Below are positions 9,488-20,157 of a DNA stretch of 64,000 nt, one piece after another; the first letter of the stretch is position 1, and each line of letters opens with the position of its first letter. A model generated the notes under the pieces. It was not told the DNA's origin and made no database searches. It was given only the letters and a program-made list of their open reading frames with translations. This stretch comes from Candidatus Hydrogenedentota bacterium (GTDB taxonomy: Bacteria; Hydrogenedentota; Hydrogenedentia; Hydrogenedentales; SLHB01): assembly GCA_045863295.1 (NCBI GenBank), contig BTWA01000006.1, positions 1 through 64,000 on the forward strand. Reading direction: 5' to 3'. The translations under genes and the position numbers were made by a program.

Positions 9488-10129
9488 ATGGCGCAACGAT
9501 TGCACAAGGTTCCCGATGAAGTCAGTCGTGCCAATGAGGCCGAGAAGCGCCTCTTGGAGAGCGCGTTAAGTCTCTTCTCTGAAAAGGGATACGAAGGGAC
9601 GAGCATACGCGAGATCATCGAACGCGCCGGTGTGACTCGACCGGTTCTCTATTACTATTTCGAGAACAAGGAACACCTGTTCCGCCGCCTGGTGGAGTCG
9701 TGGTTCATGGAACTCGTCGAGGACATGGACCGTAGTATTGCCAAAGCCACCGGATACCGTGACCGTCTCTTGGCCGCGATAAACAATGCATTTGACCACG
9801 CGGAACGTTCGCCTACGGTGGTACGCCTCATTTTCTATGCATTCTTTGCGCCGCGCCACCAGGCTCCCAAATTGGATAAGGATCGGTTGTGGGAGTCACG
9901 ATTCAGCCGAATCCGGGGGATTATGCAAGAAGGGGTTGATGCGGGAGACTTCATCGGCCACGATCCGAACGAGTTGGCCATGGCCTTCTGCGGGATGATG
10001 GACATGTACATCATGGCACGCATCAATAAGCGAGGCGCAGCGTTGACTCCAGAGTGCGGTGCATCATTGGTAACTCTTTTTCTCAATGGTGTATTCGACA
10101 ACCGTCCGGCCCGCTCCGCCGCGTTGTGA
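9488..10129 (+). CDS. TetR/AcrR transcriptional regulator
   Basis: HTH 'LFSEKGYEGTSIREIIERAGVTRPVLYYYFENKE'. Confidence 0.92.
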   Translation: MAQRLHKVPDEVSRANEAEKRLLESALSLFSEKGYEGTSIREIIERAGVTRPVLYYYFENKEHLFRRLVESWFMELVEDMDRSIAKATGYRDRLLAAINNAFDHAERSPTVVRLIFYAFFAPRHQAPKLDKDRLWESRFSRIRGIMQEGVDAGDFIGHDPNELAMAFCGMMDMYIMARINKRGAALTPECGASLVTLFLNGVFDNRPARSAAL

Positions 10130-10160
10130 GTTTTGAACGAGTGGATTGGCACGGGGTCGT

Positions 10161-11624
10161 ATGAAACGCCATGTTCTGCTTGCGCTGATATCTGTGATGC
10201 TTTTGGGCACTGCATTTGTCTGGTGGAACGTCCGTCCATTCGATACAATCGAGTTCCGCGCCGACCTGAAGCAAGGCGAGACGACCCCTTTTCTGTGGCG
10301 GGATTCTTCAAGCCGTCGACCGGTTTTCACTGCAGCTCAAACAGCCGTGGCCGGAACCGATGTCGTACACCAACTCCCCGAGTCGATGGGCGACCGTTTC
10401 CTTGCCTCTAAGCACTATGACTTAGCCATGCTTCCCAATCCAATCACTCTAAAGAGTATAGAGGTTATTGATGCAGGCGTTTTGGCGGACGGCCTGATAG
10501 TTTCGAACCTGGATGGAATAAAGCGCGTTCGCATAGACGACGAAGAGACTTTTCAATTGGACGGCCGGGAATGGAATTTCGTAGGCGTATCGCCTTGGGG
10601 CGGTTTGATTGCCGATGAGCGAGGAAGTCCCATGGCGGCATTGGCACTACGTGCCAATGATGCGGAGCCTTGGCAGGAGCCTGTCCTGCTGGGTAATGCA
10701 GTCTGGTTGACTGTGCCGCCGGACACCGCCCTCTATTTTGACTGGTTTGATGATCGTGCGACCGCGGAGATTGCTCAGCAAAACGAATTGACGGGTATCC
10801 ACTCTGCTCGATGGGGTGTCCGTGAAGGCGAAAACATTCATTGGTTTTCATCGTTCGAGCCGGGCGGAGGGGTGGTTTTGAACGACGGAACCGCGGTGAC
10901 TTTGCTTCAGTACGAGGAGGCATTTTCTTTTCCTGACGGGATTGCCCCTGCAATTCAGGTGGAAACACTCCGGCAGGACGAGAAGACTCGCGATTGGATA
11001 CAGGCAAACAGTTCATCGGAAGAGAACATTGTCTTATTTGAAGATACGGCGTTGAGCGGACGAGTATGGATCGTGTACGCGTGGGCGGATGACACCGGTT
11101 GGGCAGCCCTCTATGAGGACGGCACTCAAATTGCCGCAAGGGGAATCGGGCGCGGGGATGTGTTTCAACCGGAGGATGGCGGACCCGCGTTGCGCGTGGA
11201 TCATTTGTTGGCGACGGGCGTCCCTGTATTGCCACAATCGGTCGAAGTACGCGGATTGCGGATCAGGCGCGATGGACAGGAACTCTGGCTTCCAGAGGGC
11301 AATCCAACCGTACTTGGAGAGAGTACGGTCATATACCGTCGATTTCGGATAGGCCGCGTCGTAGATTGCGAGCTAGGGATTTCGGGAGACTCACCGTTGA
11401 AGAAGACCTTGTCCCACGATGGGACTCTAGATTTGGGTCCTTGGCGCCTCCATTTGTCCAGCGAACCGCCTCTGGAAGATGATAGGGTTACCATCGTGGG
11501 CCGGTACCATGGACAGGCCGCCGCAGCGGCAATGATTCAATTGGCCCTGATTGGCTTGTCTGGGCTGACCGCGCTCCTAAGTGCGATCAGCTACTTTCGG
11601 CTTTCCAAGGAGAACCCTGCGTGA
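10161..11624 (+). CDS. hypothetical membrane-anchored protein
   Basis: Long ORF with N- and C-terminal hydrophobic segments; operonic overlap with next gene. Confidence 0.6.
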   Translation: MKRHVLLALISVMLLGTAFVWWNVRPFDTIEFRADLKQGETTPFLWRDSSSRRPVFTAAQTAVAGTDVVHQLPESMGDRFLASKHYDLAMLPNPITLKSIEVIDAGVLADGLIVSNLDGIKRVRIDDEETFQLDGREWNFVGVSPWGGLIADERGSPMAALALRANDAEPWQEPVLLGNAVWLTVPPDTALYFDWFDDRATAEIAQQNELTGIHSARWGVREGENIHWFSSFEPGGGVVLNDGTAVTLLQYEEAFSFPDGIAPAIQVETLRQDEKTRDWIQANSSSEENIVLFEDTALSGRVWIVYAWADDTGWAALYEDGTQIAARGIGRGDVFQPEDGGPALRVDHLLATGVPVLPQSVEVRGLRIRRDGQELWLPEGNPTVLGESTVIYRRFRIGRVVDCELGISGDSPLKKTLSHDGTLDLGPWRLHLSSEPPLEDDRVTIVGRYHGQAAAAAMIQLALIGLSGLTALLSAISYFRLSKENPA

Positions 11625-12484
11625 GCGATCGTTTTACCAATGCCATTGTCATAACAGGCGCCACGTCAGGAATTGGCAAGGCGTGTGCCATAAGATTCGA
11701 TCAGCTTGGTTTTCGCGTCTTCGGGACGTATTTGCATGAATCGGAATTGGATGCGGTAGTCAGCGCCACTTCGGATCGATTTACCCCGGTCTACTTGAGC
11801 CTGACCGATCACGAGTCAATCCACGCGGCCGCTCGAACCGTCCAGGAAGCGGTCGGGGAGAGCGGTCTGTACGGCCTTGTGAACAACGCGGGCATGGACA
11901 TGCCCGGACCTCTCGAATTCATTCCCATTGACCGTGTCCGTCAACAAATGGAAGTCAATGTAATTGGCCAGGTGGCGGTAACACAGGCGTTTCTGCCCCA
12001 AATTCGCAAGGCCGTTGGCCGAATCGTGTTCATTGGTTCAATTGACGGCATGTGTGTCACGCCATTTCAAGGGGCATATGGGGCTTCAAAGCATGCCATA
12101 GAGGCCATTTGCGACGCACTGCGCATGGAGCTTCATCCATGGAAGATCGAAGTTATCTGTGTGCAGCCCGGCGATATTCAAACGCCGATTTGGGATAAAT
12201 CCCTCAAAATTGCCGAAGAGATTGGCGAATCCGTACCGAAAGAAGCGTGGGAATTGTATGGATCGTTGATGACGGCGGCCAAGGCCACGGCACGCAAGAT
12301 GCAGAAGATGGCCAAGCCGCCGGAGACTGTGGTTCGAGCGGTCGAACACGCGCTTACTTCGCGCCGGCCGCGCACGCGCTATCTCGTCGGCTTGGATGCG
12401 CGCATGCGAAAAGCGATAGAGATACTTGGGTCAAGGCGTGTGGATAAACTGATTATGGGGTTCATCGCCAAGGGCGGGAAATGA
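11621..12484 (+). CDS. SDR oxidoreductase
   Basis: TGATSGIG, NNAG, YGASK. Confidence 0.92.
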   Translation: MSDRFTNAIVITGATSGIGKACAIRFDQLGFRVFGTYLHESELDAVVSATSDRFTPVYLSLTDHESIHAAARTVQEAVGESGLYGLVNNAGMDMPGPLEFIPIDRVRQQMEVNVIGQVAVTQAFLPQIRKAVGRIVFIGSIDGMCVTPFQGAYGASKHAIEAICDALRMELHPWKIEVICVQPGDIQTPIWDKSLKIAEEIGESVPKEAWELYGSLMTAAKATARKMQKMAKPPETVVRAVEHALTSRRPRTRYLVGLDARMRKAIEILGSRRVDKLIMGFIAKGGK

Positions 12485-12546
12485 TACACGCAGCGGCAGG
12501 CGCGGGTCCCAACAATTAATTGGATGGCAGCAAGGGGGAGGTGTTC

Positions 12547-14901
12547 GTGAGGCTGTTAATCGCGGCTCGAGTCGCAGTCGTTGTTGCCTTTGGACTGAGC
12601 GCCCACGCCGAAAATGTGTATCCATCGATTGACTTGTTTCAGGCAAAAGATCTGCCGACCGGTGGAATTGCGGTGCTCTTGAATCCCGACCTTGTTCGCA
12701 TGACGCCGGAGAATGAACTGGCGACCCTGCACATCGTCAACGATACCGATCCCTATTCGAAGGTTGAGTGGGCATTTCGCTTTTCAAGACCTCCGTTCCC
12801 GGAATCGGAAAAGATAGTACTTGAAATTGAGTATTTTGATCGCGGCGCCGGTGTAATCCAGCCTACGTTGCTGACGGAGGATGCCTTTCGCGGATCGTAT
12901 GCAAAACCTCTGCGAGGCGTTTCATATACGCGTTTGAATCAGCAGGTGGTGCGTCGTGCCTGGTTTGAATTTCTTAACCCTTCGCCAAGCTGGAACGAGA
13001 ACAAAAACCCCCATTTAAAGATATCCGGCTTGCAGGGGCTCATAGCTATTCGGGCGTATTCGTATGTGGACGAAGCAGGGTGGAAGGCATTGGCGGCGTC
13101 GGTACCCATATCTGTAACGCCCCTTGTGCAGCTCAATCGCCCCATGGCGATTACTTGCACAGTGGGTATTCCAGACGAGGGAGATCCCCCTCCGCTTGAG
13201 ACGGCTCTAGACAATATCCGTGAATATGCTCCGCTGGCGAAACTCTTGGGATTTACATCCGTCGAATGTTTTGTGCGTTGGAATCTGATCGAGCTTCAGC
13301 CGGGCGCTTTCGATTTCTCTCACTATGACACGATTGTCGAAGCGATTCGGCAACGAGGTTTGAAGTGGTTTCCAAACCTCGTGATAACGTCGGCATTTGC
13401 CTTGCCGGAATGGTACGTTTCCTCGAACGAGAACGTGGGATTTCAATGTCTCGAACACGGCGATACCAATCAGGTCCCGTCCATTTGGAATGCGGCCAAC
13501 CTCACCCATGTGGAACGTGTATTGCATAAGTTTGGGCAACACTACGAGCCCATGGGAGTTTTGGAAGCTGTCCGACTAGGACCCAGCGGTAATTTTGGCG
13601 AGGCGCAGTATCCCGCGGGTGCGGGTGGAGGTTTGGGAATTCGCGGCGAACGCATGCATGCACACATCGGATGGTGGGCGGGCGATGCATACGCGGCGCA
13701 GGACTTTCGGTCGTATTTGAGACACCGCTATGGCGCGATCGAGGCTCTCAATGCGGCATGGTCGGAGACCCATCCGTCGTTCGAAGCAGTTCAACCGGCA
13801 TTGCCTGAATCGTATCGAACGCGCCAAGGGCGACTGGACATGACGGCCTGGTACACCGATTCGATGTCGAAGTGGTGCGATGCGTGGGCACACATCGCCC
13901 GGAAGTCAATGCCCGTGACGCCCATATACATGTCTTCAGGCGGCTGGGGCTTTCGAGAGGCGGGTACTGACTTTTCGGCACAGGCAGAGACAATGAAGTC
14001 AGTTAACGGGGGGATACGTCTTACAAACGAAACGGACAGTTTTGAACAGAACGTCTATGCCACTCGTCTTGCGGCGACTGCTGCACGGTTGTATGGCATT
14101 GAACTTGGCTACGAGCCCGCCGGATATCACAGTGCGCGCGGGACCGTGGCGCGATTTTTTTCCACCCTGACTACCAATGGCGACAACCTGTATACACGCC
14201 ATTCAGTACTTTTTGAGCATCCGTACTCCGTGGACAACTGGCTTCGTGATTATAGGTTGCTTGATTTGAGGGCCGATCCCATTGTGGATGTGGCTGTGTA
14301 CTATCCGGAGACCATGAACCAGCTTGACGATAGTACGTTCCGTCATCTTTATGCTTGGGGATTCAATACGCGAGTTGCCGAAGTGCGCCGCCGTGTGGAT
14401 GTGGATTATCTGGACGAGCGTCTCATCCGTAAGGGTTTTCTCGACCGCTACAAAGTCCTCGTGTTTTGTTGGGGAAATGTGATAGAGCACGATGTGCAAC
14501 AGGTTATAGACCAATGGATTCGATCGGGCGGTGTCGCCATCTATCCTACATATCCACGAGTTCCACAGGAGACCATTGAAGGCGAGCAGAAGACGTTTCT
14601 GGCGTGGGAGAAGGGAGACACGGGAAAGGGAACCTTTCATCGCTTCCGGGGCGACATGGAGCCCATATCCCTTTACGGCGATTTTATCGACAGGTGTATC
14701 CGCGAGGTGGACGGGCTCCATGCCCTAACGAAAGAGATTCTCGCACTAGATCTTCCAGAGCGTGTGTTTGCATGCGGTCTGGAGGACGGCACAATCGTTG
14801 TCTTGAATTATTCCGAGTCGACGATTTCCCTCGAGACCGCAGTCGGTAGAGTGGAGACTTTGGAACCATATAGCATCAAGGTATTGCGGACAGGCCAATA
14901 A
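12547..14901 (+). CDS. secreted glycoside hydrolase (GH14/GH42-like TIM barrel)
   Basis: Signal peptide; 'WNLIE..PG.FDFSHYD', 'LPEW', 'GPSGNFGEAQYP', 'YGAIEALNAAW'; C-terminal GH42 trimerisation-like segment. Confidence 0.65.
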   Translation: MRLLIAARVAVVVAFGLSAHAENVYPSIDLFQAKDLPTGGIAVLLNPDLVRMTPENELATLHIVNDTDPYSKVEWAFRFSRPPFPESEKIVLEIEYFDRGAGVIQPTLLTEDAFRGSYAKPLRGVSYTRLNQQVVRRAWFEFLNPSPSWNENKNPHLKISGLQGLIAIRAYSYVDEAGWKALAASVPISVTPLVQLNRPMAITCTVGIPDEGDPPPLETALDNIREYAPLAKLLGFTSVECFVRWNLIELQPGAFDFSHYDTIVEAIRQRGLKWFPNLVITSAFALPEWYVSSNENVGFQCLEHGDTNQVPSIWNAANLTHVERVLHKFGQHYEPMGVLEAVRLGPSGNFGEAQYPAGAGGGLGIRGERMHAHIGWWAGDAYAAQDFRSYLRHRYGAIEALNAAWSETHPSFEAVQPALPESYRTRQGRLDMTAWYTDSMSKWCDAWAHIARKSMPVTPIYMSSGGWGFREAGTDFSAQAETMKSVNGGIRLTNETDSFEQNVYATRLAATAARLYGIELGYEPAGYHSARGTVARFFSTLTTNGDNLYTRHSVLFEHPYSVDNWLRDYRLLDLRADPIVDVAVYYPETMNQLDDSTFRHLYAWGFNTRVAEVRRRVDVDYLDERLIRKGFLDRYKVLVFCWGNVIEHDVQQVIDQWIRSGGVAIYPTYPRVPQETIEGEQKTFLAWEKGDTGKGTFHRFRGDMEPISLYGDFIDRCIREVDGLHALTKEILALDLPERVFACGLEDGTIVVLNYSESTISLETAVGRVETLEPYSIKVLRTGQ

Positions 14902-14904
14902 CCA

Positions 14905-16893
14905 TCAGTCCACTGGATAGCCGAGGCGGATGCACAAATACGCCAGAGCGCTGTGCAGGGCGTCAGGTGGACGGCCATCCAACAATTCCCGGAGACTCGC
15001 AGGTGCGGAATAGGCAAGCGTGGAGAGTCGTTCCGGGTTTCCCTGCCAAAGCCAAGAGAACTGAACGAGTCTTTCCAATACTTCGAGCGCGGTCAACGGA
15101 CGACGGTCTATTGCGAAAGCCCGCTCAATTGCTTCCGCCCATCGGGGATCCGTGGGTTCCAGCAGACCCGTGAGAGCAAGGCGGTATCCTTCGTTGTGCT
15201 TCCAATTTCCCTGGGCATCAAAAGTCTGATACCGGATGAGATTTTCCAATTCGGTAGTACGCTGCTTCCAGTCCAGCCGTTCTTTTTCAAGTTCTCCGGC
15301 TATGGCAGTGGCCGCCTTCATTCCCATAAACACGGACACATTGAATCCGAAGCTGCGCTGTTCGCGAAGCACATCCTCATCGTATGTATACATGGGCACA
15401 CCGTCCAGCGGGTCGGCCCAAGACGACAAGAACATCGCCGCCAAATCGGTCGATTCCCACACTTTTTCCAAGTATGCGGTCCGTTCGTTGGGGGAAATGG
15501 ACTGCGCATGCTGCCAGAATGACCATAGCACCCATCCGACCGCTTCAGTGTCCAAGACGAGGTGGGGCATTGCGTCGGTTCCGTCGCCGTACAAGGCTGT
15601 CGGCACAGTGCCAAGGGGCTTGCCTTTTGCATCGTTCTTTCGTACGGCGTCGCTGTAGAACATTGAGTGCGACTCCGCCTCCACATGCAGCCCAGCAAGA
15701 TCCAGCGCGAGGGTCTGCCATACGCCGTGTCTTGGCCAATCCATCGCCAGCGGAGGTTGAGAGTACGGTGCGCGAATGACTGCGCCCTTGCGCTTGTCCC
15801 TGCACGCATGCAGCGTATACAGTTGCGAAAGCGCGAAAGAGCGCAGGTTGGTTGGTCCCTGTTCCGGCAATGCCACAGTGCCATTCCATTGATTCCAGAA
15901 GGTCCTCGTCTCGTTCATTAATCCGCTAAATCGTTTCTCCATTGCCCCATTCAGGATTTCGTGCGATGAATCCACGCCGTTACTCACTGCCACCAGCACG
16001 TTTCCGTAGTAGGCATCTCCAATGTGCTCTGGTTCTATTTCGATCGCGGCCGCGCAGGATCCCACCATGGCCTCCGTTGTGTCGAATACCCCGTCGCCCA
16101 TACTTGCCCACAACGAGAACGGTTCGCGGCCGTACCCGCACATGACACGGTTCAGCGGCTCCATCGGACGTATGGCAATCCAGGTTCCCTGGCTGAACCG
16201 TCGCCATTCATCGGCCGGGACTTGGGCAAGTACCATGCGCTGGGCTTCATTCCATTCACCCGAACCCGGATCCGTGGGTCTGAAGTGCACAAGCGTTTGA
16301 GCATCGTCATCCAGATAGATGGCAAAATCATTTAGGTCGTCCCACGCCCAGTCGGCCAAGGGCAGTTCAGGAACCGTTCGAGTGCTGGGGGAAAAATTGC
16401 AATACCAATGCAGTTTTGGCGAAGTATCAATTCCTTCAACACGTATACGCAAGACAAGTAAATCCATGGAGGGATGAACAAATGCAGTCTGCGTTACCAG
16501 GGTCCCACTTTTTTTGTGTCGCAATCGGGTTTCGACGATTGGCACGTCTTCCGACGAATCTAGAGGGACGCGTTCCCATTCCGTAGCGTTAATCCACGCG
16601 ATGCTAGCGCCAATTTCAACTCCCCAGATTGCGCCATGGCATGCCGGGACCCCGAGATCGGGAGACTTCCCGGGTTGCGTGCGATAGGCAATTTGATTCG
16701 ATCCGCCGGGGCCGGGCCATCGAAAGACCGACAGGCGGCCAACGGAATTGAAGCCGGCGGTGAGCCCGCCGTTGCCCGTGATAGCCTCGCAATCTACCGG
16801 ACCAAACAATGTTTCAAGCCGAGGGTACGAGCTTTGGTACACGTTATAACTCGAGGCTGCCGCGGCAATGAGCGCCAGAACCCACTGCATCAT
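14905..16893 (-). CDS. GH15-like six-hairpin glycosidase
   Basis: 'GNGGLTAG....G.LSVFRWP' N-terminus; 'GAVIRAP...DWPRHG'; signal peptide. Confidence 0.55.
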   Translation of the reverse strand: MMQWVLALIAAAASSYNVYQSSYPRLETLFGPVDCEAITGNGGLTAGFNSVGRLSVFRWPGPGGSNQIAYRTQPGKSPDLGVPACHGAIWGVEIGASIAWINATEWERVPLDSSEDVPIVETRLRHKKSGTLVTQTAFVHPSMDLLVLRIRVEGIDTSPKLHWYCNFSPSTRTVPELPLADWAWDDLNDFAIYLDDDAQTLVHFRPTDPGSGEWNEAQRMVLAQVPADEWRRFSQGTWIAIRPMEPLNRVMCGYGREPFSLWASMGDGVFDTTEAMVGSCAAAIEIEPEHIGDAYYGNVLVAVSNGVDSSHEILNGAMEKRFSGLMNETRTFWNQWNGTVALPEQGPTNLRSFALSQLYTLHACRDKRKGAVIRAPYSQPPLAMDWPRHGVWQTLALDLAGLHVEAESHSMFYSDAVRKNDAKGKPLGTVPTALYGDGTDAMPHLVLDTEAVGWVLWSFWQHAQSISPNERTAYLEKVWESTDLAAMFLSSWADPLDGVPMYTYDEDVLREQRSFGFNVSVFMGMKAATAIAGELEKERLDWKQRTTELENLIRYQTFDAQGNWKHNEGYRLALTGLLEPTDPRWAEAIERAFAIDRRPLTALEVLERLVQFSWLWQGNPERLSTLAYSAPASLRELLDGRPPDALHSALAYLCIRLGYPVD

Positions 16894-18338
16894 GGTGCAC
16901 TCTCCACGCTTCTACACAGCGTACCTTGGAACAGCAGCCTCTCGCCCTGCGCCTTCCCGACTATAGTCAATTCGCCCAAAGGGGCCATCGCTTCCAACTG
17001 GGGCACGATACTTTCCAGTATTTCGCCGCGGTTGCGACCTGGTACTAGCTCGTAGCCAGCGGTCTGGCGAAGCACAGCGGCCATCGCAGTTCCCATGGCC
17101 CCCCAGTTCATTCGAAACGTGAGGTCTGCCCGCGCGGATTCGCCTTTTCGCAAACGAGACAGCGCATCGGTCATCGCTCCTTCGGAATTTGCCGCGAGGA
17201 AATCTTCATCGTTCCGGCCCAGACAGATCGACAGCTTTTCGCCCAGGAGCGGCACGTAGTCCCCGGGTTGGTTCTCCCATTCATGCGGAATCGCCTGAAT
17301 TGGAGCTACCAGCGGTTTCAACGGATGGTCCATACCGGTGGTTGGATTATGCGTTCGCATAACCAGAACTCCGTCCGGCACGGGAAACATTTCGTCCGCG
17401 TCTACCTTGAGAATAGTCAGGGTCATTTCCGATATGCCGGCATCGACCTCCCAGTCCGGTGGCAGTTCTCCCAATTGCCATTCTCTCCACAGCAGACTGG
17501 CAAACGATTCGAATGCGGTCCAACCGTCGTATAAGGACAATAGTCCACGTACTTGTCCGTATGCTGTAACCATGTCGTTCCATTGACTTGCCGTTACGGC
17601 GAAGAGGGGAGAGGAGGGCCAGGCATCGGTCAGCGTTAAGGGTTCAGTTCTTGGCGTGAAATGGTCTGTCAGGTGACCTGAAAAGGGAAAACCTTCAGTG
17701 GCCGCCACACGAAGTTGGTTCGTGAGTCCGTCGCCCCAACTCAGTAGCGCTTCAAAAGGCGTAAGCGGCCGATCCGGGGCCACGGCCCGCCGACCGTTCA
17801 AAGACGCCTGGACATAAAGCATCGTGTTGGATGCAATCAGGTGGCCTTCGCGCCAGCCGTAAAATATCCCGCCCACGCGCCAAACTCCATTGATTGCGTT
17901 GGGGGCAATCGTGTTTTGGTAGGCGGACGTGATAATGCGGGTCAGCAAGCCAGGGTAAACACAGATTCCCGCGCCTTCGGGGGATTCGGCCATCACCATC
18001 CGCTTTCCGAGCCAGATGGACCACCTCAACGGCGATGGGCGAATTCCCGTCAGTTTTCGTGTTTGGAGTTCGAAACGGTTAAATATCTCAGGCCGGTCGG
18101 TCGCGATAGTCTGGAGTTCTGGTGTCTGCTGTGCATGAAGCCAGAAGCGGGGCAAATTGCCACACTGCAGCACCCATGACGCATTCTCGGGGTGAAACCC
18201 GTTGAACTTCGGCGCGTCTTTCATCTGATCGTCGACCCAGAAGAGCACGCCTGACCCAAAGGCAACGAGCAGAACAAAAACCCAACGTTTCGGCTTGAAT
18301 CGTCTATACACCTGACCCGGCCGTTTTGCATTCGTCAT
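16890..18338 (-). CDS. hypothetical protein with N-terminal TM
   Basis: Long ORF overlapping the next gene's start. Confidence 0.6.
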   Translation of the reverse strand: MTNAKRPGQVYRRFKPKRWVFVLLVAFGSGVLFWVDDQMKDAPKFNGFHPENASWVLQCGNLPRFWLHAQQTPELQTIATDRPEIFNRFELQTRKLTGIRPSPLRWSIWLGKRMVMAESPEGAGICVYPGLLTRIITSAYQNTIAPNAINGVWRVGGIFYGWREGHLIASNTMLYVQASLNGRRAVAPDRPLTPFEALLSWGDGLTNQLRVAATEGFPFSGHLTDHFTPRTEPLTLTDAWPSSPLFAVTASQWNDMVTAYGQVRGLLSLYDGWTAFESFASLLWREWQLGELPPDWEVDAGISEMTLTILKVDADEMFPVPDGVLVMRTHNPTTGMDHPLKPLVAPIQAIPHEWENQPGDYVPLLGEKLSICLGRNDEDFLAANSEGAMTDALSRLRKGESARADLTFRMNWGAMGTAMAAVLRQTAGYELVPGRNRGEILESIVPQLEAMAPLGELTIVGKAQGERLLFQGTLCRSVESAP

Positions 18339-18404
18339 TCGTAGGGGACCAGGTTCACAAGCGGCGCAGGCCTGCAAACGAGTGTGGAGGGTCTAAACAA
18401 AGGG

Positions 18405-18674
18405 TTAATCCTGATTCCAAACAGCCTCTTTTTCGCGTTCACGCTTGTCCTCAATATCGTTCAGTGCGGACGAAAGCTCCGTTCGGATTCCCTCAACTTC
18501 CGCAAATGCAGCGGCCGCAATCTTAGTATCGAATTGAAGTTTCTTTTCGGCCACTTTGGCGTCGTACTTCCTGTCGATCTCGGCAATTGCGAATTTCTGG
18601 CTATCGGAGAGCTTCTTGGTTGGCCCCTTTTCCTTTTCCAGTCGCTCCATGGCCAATTCGTAAGCACTTTTCAT
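18405..18674 (-). CDS. small helical hypothetical protein
   Basis: MKSAYELAMERL..., charged helical composition; AGGA RBS. Confidence 0.65.
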   Translation of the reverse strand: MKSAYELAMERLEKEKGPTKKLSDSQKFAIAEIDRKYDAKVAEKKLQFDTKIAAAAFAEVEGIRTELSSALNDIEDKREREKEAVWNQD

Positions 18675-18733
18675 GTGTCCATTCCTTTGCATTCAAGGTG
18701 CCACGCGTCGACGGCACCTATTCAAGACAGTAC

Positions 18734-19222
18734 CTATGCGGCGAATTCATCATCCAAGACGCTCGCGATAAACCGCTCCAGAGATATCGGGAAGTACCGG
18801 CTATCCGGCGTAATGATTACCCCTGTTGTTATATCTTCGTACCGTTCCAGTTCATCTAGCGTTCCGGAGAGCACCCGGTCCAGGGAGGCATCCAAGTGTT
18901 GGACCGTCAAATCTTCTGATTTGCATTCCACCGGCCGGCCCCGGAACCCCAAAAAGCCAAAAATACGGCCTGCCAGGGCCTGGTTCACATTGTCCTCTCC
19001 AAATACTTCATCGTAGCTCGGTTCATAGTGAGACGGGCGGATGAGGAATCGGGGAGACACATGCACGCGGCCGCGAACTTGCGTAGTATTCATACCTTCC
19101 TCAAACGATGCCCCAATGCAAATGTAAGGTAAATGGTGGTAACCACTTATGATACCGTAGCGAGGCCGCCTGATAATCTCGGTTCGTTGGTAGACCGCCC
19201 GCATTTCGTCTCCGTTCAACAT
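18734..19222 (-). CDS. hypothetical protein
   Basis: Protein-like ORF in a co-oriented run; start uncertain. Confidence 0.55.
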   Translation of the reverse strand: MLNGDEMRAVYQRTEIIRRPRYGIISGYHHLPYICIGASFEEGMNTTQVRGRVHVSPRFLIRPSHYEPSYDEVFGEDNVNQALAGRIFGFLGFRGRPVECKSEDLTVQHLDASLDRVLSGTLDELERYEDITTGVIITPDSRYFPISLERFIASVLDDEFAA

Positions 19223-19314
19223 AGAACTGCTCGCCAATCCGTGCCTTGCACATCGTTCTCGCCGTTCCATCATGCCGCGCCTTTAGTACGCGCTGGCAAC
19301 CATGGATAGTCGTC

Positions 19315-19722
19315 TCATTCAGTATCCGCATCCGTCGTTTCTGGTGTCAAGGAGGATGCCTTTTCATTGGCATCTTCGTGTGGGATTCGCACTTCCACGA
19401 TATCGAATCCAGGCCGGTCCCGGCGCTCCCGAACATGCAGCGTGAGCTTCGAGCCCGGTTCCATCCGTTCCCAGATCCGGTTCTCCACGGCAATTGGGAC
19501 TCGCGCGCCAGGACTCGATTCCGATTCAACATGCAGTACCAGCAGATGCTTTTTTGTGCCATCCTCCAAGTCAACCTGGACCTTTTCCACCAAGACCGAT
19601 TCCATGATCATCTCTGGAGACTTGGCCATTCTTTGGTTCGTGAAAGGAACGGAGGCGGCCAAGGCGACCGTAATTAGCAGCATCCCGGCTGCAAACAGAC
19701 GCTGCGATTGGCGATACGTCAT
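19315..19722 (-). CDS. hypothetical exported protein
   Basis: N-terminal hydrophobic segment followed by a beta-rich domain. Confidence 0.5.
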   Translation of the reverse strand: MTYRQSQRLFAAGMLLITVALAASVPFTNQRMAKSPEMIMESVLVEKVQVDLEDGTKKHLLVLHVESESSPGARVPIAVENRIWERMEPGSKLTLHVRERRDRPGFDIVEVRIPHEDANEKASSLTPETTDADTE

Positions 19723-20157
19723 GTGGCCGGGACGTTTTACGTCGGTCGTGTCAGTCGCAATGCCTCTTTTCGCATTGATTTCGTCCACGAACCGCTTTCG
19801 GCCATACTTGATGCCCAACGGCGTTTCCTCGGCTATATGGGAATACCTTGCCCCCAATATACACGACTCGTAAGTCCTGCCGCATGCCTGCGGAATGACA
19901 AAAACAGAAGTAACTGAAGTCGAGTCGGGTACTTACACTTGGTAGTACAGATGCAGGATGGACGTATGGGCAGGCCCGCGTTCGCCGCTTATTTGACTCC
20001 CAGGGGCGATTGTAAGAACATCATCCAAATGCCCGACCCACGACAGGCACGTGTCCAATGCCATTGAAGAAGTCCCATCATTACGGCGCAGGGGGGAGGT
20101 GCATCGCACAATTAAAGAACACTGTGCGTGTTCGCCGGGCAACAATGGAGAGGATTT

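Noticed and set aside
19860..20157. c-di-AMP riboswitch upstream of trkA
   Set aside because: No recognisable conserved motifs
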